Source of the DNA: an uncultured virus (IMG/VR IMGVR_UViG_3300045789_000880)
Lineage: Duplodnaviria > Heunggongvirae > Uroviricota > Caudoviricetes
Strand: one strand, 5' to 3'
Length of the DNA stretch: 64,000 nucleotides
IMG/VR virus record: IMGVR_UViG_3300045789_000880
Shown here: positions 8,668 through 17,094 of the stretch, in pieces
How the letters are laid out: every line of letters starts with the position of its first letter
How positions within the stretch are numbered: the stretch's first letter is position 1
The notes under the pieces: generated by a model
What the model saw: the letters and a program-made list of their open reading frames with translations, nothing else
Databases searched by the model: none
Told to the model about the DNA's origin: nothing
Made by a program: the position numbers and the translations under genes

Positions 8668-9418
8668 TGGCTCTATAATTTTCTATAAAATTGATAACAT
8701 CTTTGGTACGCTCAATTTGGGATGCACCAACCATTTCTGGGTTTTTCCCGAACACTTTTGTTACTGCATACACCGCCTCAATGGTTGGGAAACCATAATC
8801 GAGGTATTGTTTCATTCCGCATAAATCTGCGGTAGTTTGACTGCGTGTATTTAAGAACCAATGACAGCCTTCGTGCGCTAAAATTGCAACGCGAATAGGA
8901 ATGGTGTACGACTTAAACAAACGTTGCGATATTTGAACTCTCGGCATTTTGCGATGCGTTCTCGCTGGTGTAATAAGCTCTGCACCAAAAGGATCAGTTA
9001 TTTTATCTAAATATTGAAACAGAAATTCGTTGTCGGTACTTTCATAAAAACCAGGAGGTACGTAACCTGCTTTTTGCGCAAACTGAATCGCAAATTCTAA
9101 AAAACGATGTTGGTCATCAGTCGCCCAAACTGCCAGCGCTGGCATCTTTTCTATTTTAACATTGACGATTTCAAATGCATCATCATCTACTTCGTTTTTA
9201 TCAAATACTTCCATTTCCAGTACTTCTGGAGAAACTGGCAGTGCGATCACAAATTCTCGTTTTGAGTTCGCTTTCGCGAAAGCGGCTTTTCTTCTAAAAT
9301 AATAGCTATTAGGATGCTCAGGATCATACACACGAATTCCCAACTCAAAAGGCATCAAGGCCTTGATGGTCAGTTTAATCTGAAAGCGTTCTCTATTTGA
9401 TGGAATGGTTGTTATCAC
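8660..9418 (-). CDS. Zincin-like metallopeptidase with beta-rich N-terminal domain
   Basis: ILAHEGCH (HEXXH) followed by QTTAD. Confidence 0.65.
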   Translation of the reverse strand: MITTIPSNRERFQIKLTIKALMPFELGIRVYDPEHPNSYYFRRKAAFAKANSKREFVIALPVSPEVLEMEVFDKNEVDDDAFEIVNVKIEKMPALAVWATDDQHRFLEFAIQFAQKAGYVPPGFYESTDNEFLFQYLDKITDPFGAELITPARTHRKMPRVQISQRLFKSYTIPIRVAILAHEGCHWFLNTRSQTTADLCGMKQYLDYGFPTIEAVYAVTKVFGKNPEMVGASQIERTKDVINFIENYRANE

Positions 9419-9888
9419 TGAGGATATTGTTGGTGTTGCTTATTTTTAGAACTACTCATTACTGCAAGTCCAATGACTCCGACAACTACGACGCCACCTA
9501 AAACATAAACGATGGTAGGAATCCCTTTTTTCTCTTCTTCTGGAACTTCTGGAGCTCCTAAGTCTACAGAGAAGTCCGAAGGCAATTCTGTGTTAGCGCC
9601 ATATCCATCTAAAGGTTTTGGTGTAGTAAACGAATCGATTACTTGACCTATCGCTGTAGCGCCACCAGCTTCTTTATAAATCTGACCTACATCTTTAAAG
9701 AACTTCGTGCGCTTTGCTTTGCGCTCTATTCGTTTTGGAGCAGATCTTCTTATCGTTCTTCTGGCGATACGTTTTGCTTTTCGCTTGGCACGTCTTGCTT
9801 TACGTTTCTTTTTATTTCCAAAAAAGTCATCATAATCGTCATCTTGTAGATGTCGACTTAAAATGCTTTCTGTTTCTCCTAAAATCAT
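9415..9888 (-). CDS. Acidic leader, Arg/Lys-rich tract, C-terminal TM (core-like protein)
   Basis: DDDYDDFFG then KKKRKARRAKRKAKRIARR; TM IVYVLGGVVVVGVIGLAVM. Confidence 0.7.
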   Translation of the reverse strand: MILGETESILSRHLQDDDYDDFFGNKKKRKARRAKRKAKRIARRTIRRSAPKRIERKAKRTKFFKDVGQIYKEAGGATAIGQVIDSFTTPKPLDGYGANTELPSDFSVDLGAPEVPEEEKKGIPTIVYVLGGVVVVGVIGLAVMSSSKNKQHQQYPQ

Positions 9889-9897
9889 AAATGGGAA

Positions 9898-10125
9898 TTA
9901 GATAATTTGCATTATTCTTAAAGTCGAGGCTCCAGGATTGTAGGTAATTTTCTTATAACCTTTACCCACAAAAGGATAGCCCTTTGCTTCGCCAGGAAAT
10001 AAAACCACTCCATTAACCAAAGCTTTTCCTTCTCCCACGTTTTTAATTGAGGCGCTTAAAAAACCATCACTGATTTCTCCTGAGACCGTTGTGTCAATTT
10101 CATTTACTTGTGCTAATATGTCCAT
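9898..10125 (-). CDS. Small beta-strand protein (75 aa; start re-assigned to ATG at 10125)
   Basis: MDILAQVNEI..SASIKNVGEGKALVNGVVLFPGEAKG; ATG preferred over the longer near-cognate start. Confidence 0.6.
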   Translation of the reverse strand: MDILAQVNEIDTTVSGEISDGFLSASIKNVGEGKALVNGVVLFPGEAKGYPFVGKGYKKITYNPGASTLRIMQII

Positions 10126-10660
10126 TTTGTAATTTTTTGTTTTGAATGAATTTATAAATCCCAAACCCTGTTGCACCTACAACTCCCACGACAGCAATTA
10201 CTTTAACCACTTTGCTCACCTTACTGTCAGATTTTATTGCCTTTTTACTGGCTTCTACTTGTGCAGTTTGAAGTTGTCTGACTTCGGCTTTTGCAATAGC
10301 AGATAATGTTGTTTTGACAACCGCTGGATTTGATTTTTTAATCAAGTGACTTATGGGTGTCTTTGTTTTGACTGGTGGTTTTTTAGTCTTGATGACCGCT
10401 TTTTTTGGTTGTACCGTTTTCTTACGAATCACAGGAATACTCTTCACTCGAATAGGCGGTAATTTCATAGGACGACCACGAACGACTCTGGGGCGAATTC
10501 GTACAGGTGGTCTGCTTAATTTTGGTTTAGAAGACCGTCTGCGTTTTAATAGTTTTCGAGTACGACGTTTCTTTCTGCGACGACGACGTATGCCTCCAAA
10601 ATTATCGTAGTCTTCGTCCTGATAAACATCATAATCAGTAAGTGCATAGGTATTTGTCAT
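10100..10660 (-). CDS. Acidic leader, very Arg/Lys-rich, C-terminal TM (core-like protein)
   Basis: QDEDYDNFGG then IRRRRRKKRRTRK; TM VIAVVGVVGATGFGIY. Confidence 0.7.
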   Translation of the reverse strand: MTNTYALTDYDVYQDEDYDNFGGIRRRRRKKRRTRKLLKRRRSSKPKLSRPPVRIRPRVVRGRPMKLPPIRVKSIPVIRKKTVQPKKAVIKTKKPPVKTKTPISHLIKKSNPAVVKTTLSAIAKAEVRQLQTAQVEASKKAIKSDSKVSKVVKVIAVVGVVGATGFGIYKFIQNKKLQNGHISTSK

Positions 10661-10661
10661 T

Positions 10662-11300
10662 TTATCTCGGCATTGGCATCGGTGGCTGTCCGTAAGGCAT
10701 TGGTGGACGTCCCGATTTCATTAATACTACCGCTCCGATACCTAAAACGACCACACCGCCGCCTATCATCAGCATCATATTGGTTTTCTTTTTGGCTGCT
10801 TCGGCTTTCTTCTTTTCTTCCTCACGACGACGCGCTTCCTCTTGTCTGCGTCTTTCTTCTGCCTCACGACGTTTGCGTTCTTGCTCTTCTCGCATACGCT
10901 GCATACGCATTTCCATATCTCTTTTGGCCGCAGCAGCTTGGGCAGATGCTCTTGCTTGTGCAGCTGCTTGAGCTGCGCCACTATTAGATGAACCTCCACG
11001 TTTCTTTTTCTTAAAGAGTCCACCTATAATGCCTACAGCACCTTTGGCAATCGCTCCCCAAAATTGGTCGTTCTCTCGTGATGAAAAGCGAGCGATTAAA
11101 TTTTCTAACGCTTTCGCGAAAGCGTAATCTCCATCTTTTAATAGGTCAACCACTTCATTAACGAGTTGCTCTTTTGATGGTTTACCTTGAAAGAACACAT
11201 TGCTTTTAGCAAGTAATTCTTGAACAGGTTTTGGATAATTGAGAACCAAATAGGTAAGGTTGTCAATCGCCTGATTGTATTGTGATTGTTTATTTGACAT
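10662..11300 (-). CDS. Structural candidate: helical N-domain, NDQFWG motif, charged coil, C-terminal TM
   Basis: N-domain resembles that of 11290..11931; TM MLMIGGGVVVLGIGAVVLM. Confidence 0.7.
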   Translation of the reverse strand: MSNKQSQYNQAIDNLTYLVLNYPKPVQELLAKSNVFFQGKPSKEQLVNEVVDLLKDGDYAFAKALENLIARFSSRENDQFWGAIAKGAVGIIGGLFKKKKRGGSSNSGAAQAAAQARASAQAAAAKRDMEMRMQRMREEQERKRREAEERRRQEEARRREEEKKKAEAAKKKTNMMLMIGGGVVVLGIGAVVLMKSGRPPMPYGQPPMPMPR

Positions 11301-11931
11301 TGCTAAAATTGAATTTTAAACCGTGCCCAACTAAAGCGCCTGCGATGAATACCACTCCAAAAAGTAGGAGTTCATCTTTAGTCACGCTGAAGGTTTTATG
11401 CGGTTGTGGTTTAGGTTCTTCTTCTTTTTTCTTTGCTTCTTTACGAATGCGCACTTCGTTCCAAACCATTTGTACTTCCTGCGCAAGATTCTTGTCATCT
11501 GCTTGAGCGTTAGATCGTTTTACGATGGTCTGGTAATAGCGTTCTAAGTCCTTATCTGAATAACTCTCAAACTGGTTAAGAAAGCTATCTTCATCTCCTG
11601 TCCCTGAATAATTAGAATGTCCACAAGCTTTACAGAAATTACTTTCTGTATTGTAAGAGTCGTTGCTGCAAGCACCACAAAAGTTGTCTTCTTTGGGTTG
11701 ACTGAGCTTTAATATAGCATCCTTATCGGGATGTAATTGTATGAGCTCTTTAATGACTTTACGCCCTTTTTTGCGAGCAAGTTCTTTTATAGCTTCAGCT
11801 AGGTGTTTAGGTTCTTCTGGCGCTTCAAAACCATACTCAAATAACAATTTTGCAACATCATCTGTATTGTGATAGACGATATAATCGATTCTATTTTGAG
11901 CTAGTGAAGGTGTTTGTTTTGAGTTTTTCAT
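11290..11931 (-). CDS. Structural candidate: helical N-domain, CxxC..CxxC, C-terminal TM
   Basis: EDNFCGAC..FCKAC; TM LLLFGVVFIAGALVG. Confidence 0.7.
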   Translation of the reverse strand: MKNSKQTPSLAQNRIDYIVYHNTDDVAKLLFEYGFEAPEEPKHLAEAIKELARKKGRKVIKELIQLHPDKDAILKLSQPKEDNFCGACSNDSYNTESNFCKACGHSNYSGTGDEDSFLNQFESYSDKDLERYYQTIVKRSNAQADDKNLAQEVQMVWNEVRIRKEAKKKEEEPKPQPHKTFSVTKDELLLFGVVFIAGALVGHGLKFNFSNVK

Positions 11932-11947
11932 CTTGTTTTCAATAAGA

Positions 11948-11989
11948 ACAGCCAGAGTGTATGGTTTAGGGGAAACCGACTCTGGCTGT
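11948..11989 (-). terminator. Stem-loop downstream of the candidate capsid gene
   Basis: ACAGCCAGAGT (11948-11958) pairs with ACTCTGGCTGT (11979-11989), inner GGTTT/AAACC; weak U-tract on minus strand. Confidence 0.6.
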
Positions 11990-12032
11990 CTGGTATTAGG
12001 TACAAAGTCTGGACGAGTTCCTTATTACAGGA

Positions 12033-12944
12033 CTATCGTCTACGACGTCTTACCAATCGAGAAACTGGACGTCTCGCCACCGGTTTTCTGACTAGTCTAC
12101 GACGTTTTACAACTCTACGAGTAGGACGTCTCACCACTCTACGTCTAGGACGTACACCTAATGCTGTTGGTCTTTTTCTACGGATTAAATCCAACTGTGG
12201 AAGCCCAGTGGTACGTGGTGCTCTTGAAAGCTCTGCCACGTTGGTACCTTTTAAAAGGTTACCCAGATTGGCTCTCGCTTTAATCGTAAATGTGAATACT
12301 GCCGTTACACCATCTTCTACAGATACACGCAGGGAATCCTGACCTGTAACATCCATCTCGAAGTTATCATCGTCGATGAGTTGTTGGGTAAAGTTTTGAG
12401 GCGAAGTAGCATTACGCGGTTGATACACTCTGGTTGTTTTAGACCCAGAAGCGGTTCTACGGTCAATACGTAACACATTATCAAATTGCAGTGCGTTACT
12501 CACAGAGTATTTCATTCCCGCAATCTTGAACGGATTTGATTTGCTCTCCTCACGTACTTCTTTATGGCTGGACTCTTCAATCTCAACGGTTAGTCCGTTA
12601 GGTTGAGCAGCTTCCGCATTACCACCAAAAATAACTGCCTCTGCACGAGCACCAGACTTGTTAGTCACGACAACCGTAAGGGTTCTATCGTTAGGATCTA
12701 TCTTACCGATGCTCGATTTCGTATAATCATCATAGGCATCATCGTCGTACTCGCCTTCATCAGCGTAGTCGTCGTAATCATCATATTCATCTTCGTACTC
12801 TTCGTCATAGCCGTCTTCTAAACCTTCAAATCCAGGATCGAAGTCGTCTTCTTCATCGTCGTACATCTCGTCGTTATCGTAGTCGTCATACTGATCTTCA
12901 GCAGCTTCCTCGTAACGCATTAATTCGTCGTTATAATCTTTCAT
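12033..12944 (-). CDS. Candidate major capsid/shell protein: acidic N-tail, beta-rich core, Arg-rich C-tail
   Basis: About 75 D/E/Y-rich aa, about 150 aa of alternating beta pattern, about 50 aa R/V/P tail; near the head of the structural operon; fold is inference. Confidence 0.55.
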   Translation of the reverse strand: MKDYNDELMRYEEAAEDQYDDYDNDEMYDDEEDDFDPGFEGLEDGYDEEYEDEYDDYDDYADEGEYDDDAYDDYTKSSIGKIDPNDRTLTVVVTNKSGARAEAVIFGGNAEAAQPNGLTVEIEESSHKEVREESKSNPFKIAGMKYSVSNALQFDNVLRIDRRTASGSKTTRVYQPRNATSPQNFTQQLIDDDNFEMDVTGQDSLRVSVEDGVTAVFTFTIKARANLGNLLKGTNVAELSRAPRTTGLPQLDLIRRKRPTALGVRPRRRVVRRPTRRVVKRRRLVRKPVARRPVSRLVRRRRR

Positions 12945-13017
12945 TTGTTTTCATTGTTTGCCTGTTCAAAAAACAGGATGATACTTTTGTTTTGGTGTCC
13001 AAAAGTGTCTCTAAACA

Positions 13018-13188
13018 CTATTTTTTAGTTGGACTTGCAGTTGCTGGTTTCTTTGCTTCAGCTAATTTTTTAGCTTTCATTTTTTGCATCATCGGAGCAA
13101 TTAAAAATGTTCCTAATGCGATTCCAGCGACGCCTGCTCCCACACAATACAGAATTGGTGTCCAGGCGATGTCGTTCTTGTTTGCCAT
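13018..13188 (-). CDS. 56-aa single-TM protein with basic tail (not in ORF track)
   Basis: Hand translation MANKNDIAWTPILYCVGAGVAGIALGTFLIAPMMQKMKAKKLAEAKKPATASPTKK. Confidence 0.75.
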   Translation of the reverse strand: MANKNDIAWTPILYCVGAGVAGIALGTFLIAPMMQKMKAKKLAEAKKPATASPTKK

Positions 13189-13317
13189 TCGTTTAATTAT
13201 TGATTGATTTCGTTTTGAATTACTTGGCGAGGTCTCTAAACCTTGATTGAGTGCGAAGTTGAGAATGAATGGTAGTTTTTCCGCTGTCGCGAAAGGGACT
13301 TTGGGACGGGATTAAAA

Positions 13318-13356
13318 GTTAAAGGCTCGATATTCTTAGAATATCGAGCCTTTAAC
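13318..13356 (-). terminator. Intrinsic terminator after the SIR2-like gene
   Basis: 19-bp inverted repeat GTTAAAGGCTCGATATTCT/AGAATATCGAGCCTTTAAC followed by TTTTAAT on the minus strand. Confidence 0.8.
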
Positions 13357-13372
13357 AAATTAGCTGAGTAAG

Positions 13373-14500
13373 CTAAATCTTAATTTCTGGTTCCTTTGGA
13401 TTGATGAATTCATCTGGCACAAAAAACTCAGATACAGATTTGTCTTGTACTAAAGATTTGTAATTGATGAAATTTTTAATTTTTTCAAAATCATCCATAG
13501 GGTCTTGATAATAAATGTAGAGAGCCGTATTAGATTTAACAGCATTTAAAATTTGACTATCAATCTTTCTATTGTATTGCGGAAAAGAATAACCAATAAC
13601 GACGAGAATATCTGTTTTATTGGCAATATTCAAAATTTCTGGAGATAGCTCCTTTTCCCAAGAAAATTTAATAGAACTATAATCGTGGTAAGAATTTGAA
13701 CGAACTTTAAATTGGGATAAGTTATCGAACAAGTCTTTCAGATACCTATAAAAGTTAGATTTCAGTACATTTCTTCCAGTTGGATAATACTTTTTATCAT
13801 ACTTGAAGTATCCGTGATGGCCGTTAAGATGATAAAGATTTAGTTCCTCACTATTTTCCTCTAAAAACTTTAATTTAGAATTGACATCATCTAAACACTT
13901 CAAGTTTAAATCTTGATACAAATTGTTAAATGCTAATTGGGTTTGCAAGTCATAATTCCAACTCAATATATTAATATTGGGATTTAAAGAAACTTCACCA
14001 AATTGATCAGATTCAGTAATCATATTTAGCCATTTGATGTATCTAGTATCTATTGGTTGTTTTTTATGAAAGAACTCATTCTCACTTTTTCTAAAAGGCA
14101 TATCATTTTGATAAAACTGCCAAATATCTAGGTAAATACTCAATGTCTTTTTTAATCGATCCAACTCAATAGTATTGTTTCTTTTGAAAAGGATATTTGC
14201 GTAGCTGTCTATAGTATCATTACTTTGAGCTTTTTGAGAGAAGTGTTTTAAATCCGAAATGATTTGATTTAAATATTCAGTTTCTTCAGATGTGAAGCCA
14301 GTGTAATTTGAGTTTTTTAATAATTCTGATGAAAAAATACTAGTTGGATTTTCAATAGCTTGTTTAATGCTATCGGCAACTAACTCCATAGATTTACCTT
14401 GTTCTGACCAGATTGGGACTGAATTATAGCTTGCACCAGCACCTAAAAGATAAGTAACTTTTAAATCCTTTTTTAAATTATATTTTGAGTATTCTATCAT
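13373..14500 (-). CDS. SIR2-like/AbiH-like protein (putative defence NADase)
   Basis: YLLGAGAS, ILSWNYD, LYHLNG, VVIGYSF motifs. Confidence 0.75.
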   Translation of the reverse strand: MIEYSKYNLKKDLKVTYLLGAGASYNSVPIWSEQGKSMELVADSIKQAIENPTSIFSSELLKNSNYTGFTSEETEYLNQIISDLKHFSQKAQSNDTIDSYANILFKRNNTIELDRLKKTLSIYLDIWQFYQNDMPFRKSENEFFHKKQPIDTRYIKWLNMITESDQFGEVSLNPNINILSWNYDLQTQLAFNNLYQDLNLKCLDDVNSKLKFLEENSEELNLYHLNGHHGYFKYDKKYYPTGRNVLKSNFYRYLKDLFDNLSQFKVRSNSYHDYSSIKFSWEKELSPEILNIANKTDILVVIGYSFPQYNRKIDSQILNAVKSNTALYIYYQDPMDDFEKIKNFINYKSLVQDKSVSEFFVPDEFINPKEPEIKI

Positions 14501-14518
14501 ATTTTTTAATCAATATTA

Positions 14519-15997
14519 CTAGTGAATTATCCTCAACACACCCTGATTGCTCTCTTTAAAAGCCTCACTTTGACGCAAAACTTCTTCCATTGCAACCATA
14601 TCATCGCCAAGCAATGTATCACTAAAAGCTTGCGCTCTGTTGAGCATTCGTATGTAAACTGATGGGTCTTGATTTCTGGTTAGCCTGCGTAATCCTCCTA
14701 AATAATCTTCACGATAAACTGTTGGGATAATTATTTTGGTTTGTGATTCAGTAGATAGTTCAGCATTCATCATTACACGTGCAATACGTCCATTACCATC
14801 CAAAAAAGGATGGACTTCACTAATCACAAACATTATGTAAGCTGCTTTTGAAAAAGGATGTGTTAGCGCTTGATAGTAGTCAAAACTTTTATAAAGTGTT
14901 CCTGTAACTAATTCCATTTCGACAAAAGAGGTGTCTCCAGCTCTGTTGTTTTTATCTTTGAACTTACCTGGCTTTTTATCTTCTCGAGCACTCAATAATA
15001 TTTGATGCCTGTATTGAAGTATTTCTACCAATTCTTCTTTAGTGCTTGGAACGATTTTCATTTCGCGTGGGTTAGAAACAATTTGATACGTTCCTAATAC
15101 ATCGTGAGAGTCTTCATTACGTGACGGTAGTGGTTTTTGAGTTTCGATGACACGTTTTGCCTCTTCAATTTCAAAGACAGTACCTTCAATGTAATTGGAA
15201 AAGTAACTTTCATAAAAGGCAAAGTTTCTATAAGCCGCAGTTGTGGTATTTTTTTCTTTTCGATGTTGAAACTCTTGCTGTTTTAAAGCGGTAAACAACG
15301 ATTCAAAAAGTTGAATTCTAGCCGGATCATAAGGCACTCCAAATGCTCTTGCTGATGCTACTGGCGATTTTAATATACTCGATGGTTTTGTAGTGAGTAA
15401 TGCGCTTATGATTTTATTTAGCTTGTTAAACTCTTTAGTCAAGCCCACTTCTTTGGCAATCTTTCTAGCTTTGTCCCTTACCGCATTTAATTCGTCCTCT
15501 CCATTAACACGGATAATTTGTTCCAGCTTTTCTTCAATTTCTGGATAGGTTAATGTTTTAGAATCGGGACCAGGCTTTCGAGAAGATTCCATATTTTCCA
15601 GCAAAGCACGTTCTCTTTGAGATAGGTATAATTCACCAGAAAAGATGGTGTCGCCTTTTATAGGTTTATTGCCAGCCAATAAACGAATTGTTATTCCTGG
15701 TAATTGAGCTTTTCTTGTGTAGGTGTACGTTAAGAATATTTGTCCTGTGGCTGTTGGTGCAAACTCAAACGCAGAACGATGGCTTAATAGTGCACCTGGA
15801 TATAAATGCCCAAGAATATGAAATAGATTGCGTCTTGTTATGTCTTCTGGCGTATCCTCAAGATTAGAAGTGTAAACTCTGTTTGCCAGCTTACGTATCG
15901 TTCCCTCTTTTTCTAACTTCGAGATTTGTTGCGATGTCGCAGAATCGGAAGAGCTAAAAATGATCTCTTGTAGATGAATTGGTATATTTTTTTCCAT
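14519..15997 (-). CDS. Fic-domain protein with N-terminal AbiEi/wHTH-like region
   Basis: Canonical HPFLDGNGRIAR; FSNYIEG. Confidence 0.92.
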   Translation of the reverse strand: MEKNIPIHLQEIIFSSSDSATSQQISKLEKEGTIRKLANRVYTSNLEDTPEDITRRNLFHILGHLYPGALLSHRSAFEFAPTATGQIFLTYTYTRKAQLPGITIRLLAGNKPIKGDTIFSGELYLSQRERALLENMESSRKPGPDSKTLTYPEIEEKLEQIIRVNGEDELNAVRDKARKIAKEVGLTKEFNKLNKIISALLTTKPSSILKSPVASARAFGVPYDPARIQLFESLFTALKQQEFQHRKEKNTTTAAYRNFAFYESYFSNYIEGTVFEIEEAKRVIETQKPLPSRNEDSHDVLGTYQIVSNPREMKIVPSTKEELVEILQYRHQILLSAREDKKPGKFKDKNNRAGDTSFVEMELVTGTLYKSFDYYQALTHPFSKAAYIMFVISEVHPFLDGNGRIARVMMNAELSTESQTKIIIPTVYREDYLGGLRRLTRNQDPSVYIRMLNRAQAFSDTLLGDDMVAMEEVLRQSEAFKESNQGVLRIIH

Positions 15998-16023
15998 TAA
16001 AAAGTGGATTTACGACAAAAATG

Positions 16024-16170
16024 TAAAATAATTTCCACTAAAACGTATTTTTAGTAAAATAATTTCTGTTAATAGAGATTAAATAATTTCTACTAAAATG
16101 TGTTCAACCTGTGAATCACTAAAATTTATTCCACTAAAATGCTATTTCTTTAAAATATATTCTACTATAA
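16024..16170. repeat. Five imperfect ~20-bp direct repeats, consensus TAAAATAATTTCYACTAAAA
   Basis: Copies starting at about 16024, 16055, 16080, 16120, 16151, upstream of the Fic gene. Confidence 0.65.
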
Positions 16171-17094
16171 AGGACTGTTCAACCCATCCTCGTGATAACG
16201 TAACTTATCTGAAATCAATTTTACAATAGCCTCGTTCTTAGTTTTGTAAATGTTATTTCCGTCAAAATCCTGTTCATTTAAAAGCATCTTTACTTTTCTG
16301 CTTTCTTCTTGGTCGATGAACTTTTTGCAAGCTCTGATGAATGCAGCACGACTGCAACCTTTGATGCGTTGCTCTCGCATATTTACATACACGAAAAAAC
16401 TTTTCTGGATTTTATATTCAAGCTCGGTAATCTTACCCATCGCAAAAGCATTAGAACATAGTTCATATTGCTCATCTACAATAAGCTGTCCGATACGTAC
16501 CATTTGATACTTAGGAATACGCTCCCGATAGCGCGTCACATCATCTACTTGGTGGTGCAATCGCAACCACGTACAGTTTTGCCATTCGGATGTTGTGATT
16601 TTTGCAACCGACTGGTGTGTGAGTACAATGTCAATCCCTTTATGACGCACTGTACAAAGTGCACCAATCATAGACTGTCCTTTTGCACCTGTCATATAAT
16701 GGTCGATATCGTCTAAGACTACGAGACCATTTTTATAGTGTTTCATAATCTTGGTAATGACTTCTTTCTTTTCGTCATTATCCATAGGCGAACCATCTGC
16801 ATTAAAAGGACGAATACGTCTTGAAGAGACTTTGGTAAGTGCCTTCAAATGATTTGGGCTTACGGTTCTGAATTGTGGATAATCATCATCATTAGTGTCA
16901 AAAGCCAAAACCTTACGACCTTTCTTTCCCATCACTAAATGATCCATCATATAGTGTTTGATCTCTTGTTTGTTGCGATAGGTTTTACCAACACCAGTTT
17001 CGCCACAAACGAGCATAATCATTGGTTGACGCTCTAAATCTTCTTTCTTATAGCTTATAGGCTTACGACCACGATTAGATGTAGTTCCTGACAT
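16165..17094 (-). CDS. FtsK/HerA-superfamily (A32/P9-like) genome-packaging ATPase
   Basis: Walker A GETGVGKT, Walker B LVVLDD, VRHKG Arg finger followed by IVLTHQ. Confidence 0.75.
   Translation of the reverse strand: MSGTTSNRGRKPISYKKEDLERQPMIMLVCGETGVGKTYRNKQEIKHYMMDHLVMGKKGRKVLAFDTNDDDYPQFRTVSPNHLKALTKVSSRRIRPFNADGSPMDNDEKKEVITKIMKHYKNGLVVLDDIDHYMTGAKGQSMIGALCTVRHKGIDIVLTHQSVAKITTSEWQNCTWLRLHHQVDDVTRYRERIPKYQMVRIGQLIVDEQYELCSNAFAMGKITELEYKIQKSFFVYVNMREQRIKGCSRAAFIRACKKFIDQEESRKVKMLLNEQDFDGNNIYKTKNEAIVKLISDKLRYHEDGLNSPL

Noticed and set aside
12720..12930. TCGTCA/TCATCG-like tandem DNA repeats
   Set aside because: Explained by Asp/Glu/Tyr codons of the acidic tail; no fixed period
12992..13207. 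Plus-strand 71-aa ORF from the track
   Set aside because: Antisense shadow of the better-supported 13018..13188 minus-strand gene
16024..16170. Possible CRISPR array
   Set aside because: Repeats are degenerate, spacers only about 5-20 bp, and no cas genes are recognisable
16165..17094. Conjugative VirB4/TraG ATPase of an ICE
   Set aside because: Too short, and no Bacteroidota tra genes or relaxase in the window
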